Assembly (NCBI GenBank): GCA_027050205.1
Contig: JALUCS010000030.1
Coordinates: forward strand, 1-16,927
Reading direction: 5' to 3'
DNA: 16,927 nt
Origin: a candidate division WOR-3 bacterium
GTDB taxonomy: Bacteria > Hydrothermota > Hydrothermia > LBFQ01
Numbering within the stretch: the stretch's first letter is position 1; every line of letters starts with the position of its first letter. The position numbers were made by a program, and so were the translations under genes. The notes beneath the pieces were generated by a model. The model did not search any database. It worked only from the letters and a program-made list of their open reading frames with translations, and had not been told where the DNA came from. Positions 15,336-16,927 of this stretch are shown in pieces.

Positions 15336-15472
15336 AGCAGATTTAAAGCTGACAAATTTTATTCTCCAAGTCTCCACTTATCCGTTCAAATTCCAACAAG
15401 TTGGATCCGCCTTTTTCAACGTGAATGTGAAGTACGGGTACGTGTTCAGGTTCAACAAAGTAGATTCGAGAC
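15310..15472 (-). repeat. Degenerate trailer-end CRISPR repeats
   Basis: Ungapped matches to the consensus repeat: 15444-15472 22/29, 15384-15412 19/29 (first 12 nt exact), 15310-15338 19/29. Spacing approximates the array period. Confidence 0.7.
15323..15349 (+). repeat. 11-bp tandem duplication (AAAGCAGATTT x2 + AAAGC) spanning the surE stop codon
   Basis: 15323-15333 equals 15334-15344, with a partial third copy at 15345-15349. Confidence 0.85.
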
Positions 15473-15506
15473 CGAATGAGGGGGCGGAGATCTTGAACAC
15501 TGTATT

Positions 15507-16927
15507 GTTCAAATTCCACAAGGTAGATTTCGGACCTTTATCACAAAACCGGTACGTAGTATAAAGTTTGGTTCAAATTCCACAAGGTAGATTTCGGACG
15601 CGCCCGGAGCGCCCACCCCGCCCACTTCGGACACATGTTCAAATTCCACAAGGTAGATTTCGGACGAGGCGGGGTTCAGGGAGACCAGCCTTTTCAAAGA
15701 TGGTTCAAATTCCACAAGGTAGATTTCGGACCTCCGCCCCCTCTGTCTATACCACGCCCCGGTGGTCCGGTTCAAATTCCACAAGGTAGATTTCGGACGG
15801 CGATATTCAGTCTTTTTAGTAATTTCGTAGTACTTGTTCAAATTCCACAAGGTAGATTTCGGACCGCGTGATGACCACCCGCACCGCACATTTCTACGTT
15901 GCGTTCAAATTCCACAAGGTAGATTTCGGACCTTTTGCCATATTTAACATATGATATGCTCCCACAATGTTCAAATTCCACAAGGTAGATTTCGGACAAT
16001 CCAAAGACAATGCCTAAAGTGAAGTAATTACCAAGTTCAAATTCCACAAGGTAGATTTCGGACCTATAGGCGTAAACAAAACCCAGGGGGCATTAAGCCC
16101 CCGTTCAAATTCCACAAGGTAGATTTCGGACAGTAAATCAACTTGAAGCCTAAGTCGTAATTCCTGCGGTTCAAATTCCACAAGGTAGATTTCGGACAAT
16201 AGGTCCGGCTGGTCTGACAGGACGCTCAAGATACGTTCAAATTCCACAAGGTAGATTTCGGACCGCCCGCCCGGAGGTATGGCCCTTGATAGCCGAATAT
16301 CGTTCAAATTCCACAAGGTAGATTTCGGACAGGTTATACGGGAATCGGTAACCTCTTGACTTATCTGGGTTCAAATTCCACAAGGTAGATTTCGGACGCC
16401 GAAATAGACGAAACAGCCCTTCAAAACGTCCTGAGTTCAAATTCCACAAGGTAGATTTCGGACCGGGAGCATACCATCTACCCTTCCCCCAATCAAAGGT
16501 TCAAATTCCACAAGGTAGATTTCGGACGGATACTGGAGGGTGTAAATACGATGGCGGTAGAGATTGTTCAAATTCCACAAGGTAGATTTCGGACGGTACA
16601 TCAAGGTGGACTATATCAGAGGGGTTCAAGCTGTTCAAATTCCACAAGGTAGATTTCGGACTGGGAGTATGGCCGCATCTATAAGGTATCCGACGAGGGG
16701 GGTTCAAATTCCACAAGGTAGATTTCGGACCATTGGCGGGGTGGCAATCGTGCCACCGATCCGCCACAGTTCAAATTCCACAAGGTAGATTTCGGACAGA
16801 AGAATGAAGCGCTTCGTGTATTCGTCCAGATGTGGTTCAAATTCCACAAGGTAGATTTCGGACCTTTAGCCGGGTGATCAGGCCCAGATACCACTTGAGT
16901 TCAAATTCCACAAGGTAGATTTCGGAC
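15507..16927 (-). CRISPR. CRISPR array: 22 identical 29-bp repeats (+: GTTCAAATTCCACAAGGTAGATTTCGGAC; likely transcribed as GTCCGAAATCTACCTTGTGGAATTTGAAC), 21 unique spacers of 35-40 nt; probably class 1 (I-B/III-like)
   Basis: Repeats start at 15507, 15571, 15637, 15703, 15770, 15836, 15903, 15969, 16035, 16103, 16169, 16235, 16302, 16369, 16435, 16499, 16566, 16633, 16702, 16769, 16835, 16899. Minus orientation is inferred from the decayed repeats on the left, the ATTGAAAC-like 3' end (ATTTGAAC), and a G-U-containing stem that forms only on the minus transcript. The window ends exactly at a repeat end, so no leader is visible. Confidence 0.98.

Noticed and set aside
15507..15535. Resemblance of the + strand repeat core (AATTCCACAAGGTAGAT) to Cas12a repeats (AATTTCTAC...GTAGAT)
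   Set aside because: The repeat is 29 bp and continues past GTAGAT, the spacers are 35-40 nt, the stem is mismatched on +, and trailer decay points to minus-strand transcription.
15626..15632. Repeat-end heptamer TTCGGAC inside a spacer (also GTTCAA near 16624)
   Set aside because: 6-7-nt matches are compatible with chance, and spacer lengths are normal.
15666..15702. Possible self-targeting: the spacer shares TTCAGGGAGACC with pyrC (about 5208-5219)
   Set aside because: Only 12 contiguous nt match, which is too short to be meaningful. I found no full spacer match in the window by eye.
15289..16894. Short ORFs with repeating SEIYLVEFE / VQIPQGRFRT / FKFHKVDFG / PKSTLWNLN peptides
   Set aside because: They are translations of CRISPR repeats in different frames, not genes.
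1..16927. tRNA, rRNA, riboswitch, IS/integrase or cas genes
   Set aside because: None recognised. Coding sequence fills nearly all space outside 10848-11085 and the array. An Infernal/tRNAscan run would be needed to exclude small RNAs formally.

Overview
A gene-dense chromosomal segment (roughly 60% GC by eye) from a probably thermophilic, diderm bacterium (frequent AGG/ATA codons, an outer-membrane beta-barrel, a Wza-like protein, a lipoprotein). The taxon cannot be fixed from this sequence. Left to right: DUF192 (probably 5'-truncated) and der on +; a tightly coupled 7-gene minus-strand run (LivJ-like binding protein, pyrC, beta-barrel, Wza/SLBB protein, stand-alone PqqD/RRE, tpiA, LegB-like sugar dehydratase); a large serine hydrolase on +; a DUF4388-like/Roadblock(MglB) fusion plus an 83-aa unknown on -; a UPF0104/LPG-synthase-type membrane protein on +; uvrD/pcrA and a YfcE-type phosphoesterase on -; surE on +. 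The window ends in a CRISPR array of 22 identical 29-bp repeats with 35-40-nt spacers, plus 2-3 decayed trailer repeats, the oldest overlapping the surE stop codon. No cas genes are in the window. I cannot demonstrate a new system. The best candidates are the GTPase-less DUF4388-Roadblock module and the orphan PqqD coupled to envelope/polysaccharide-export genes. Other notable signals are leaderless-type promoters at every operon head, very short N-terminal export signals, and two strongly structured CRISPR spacers.
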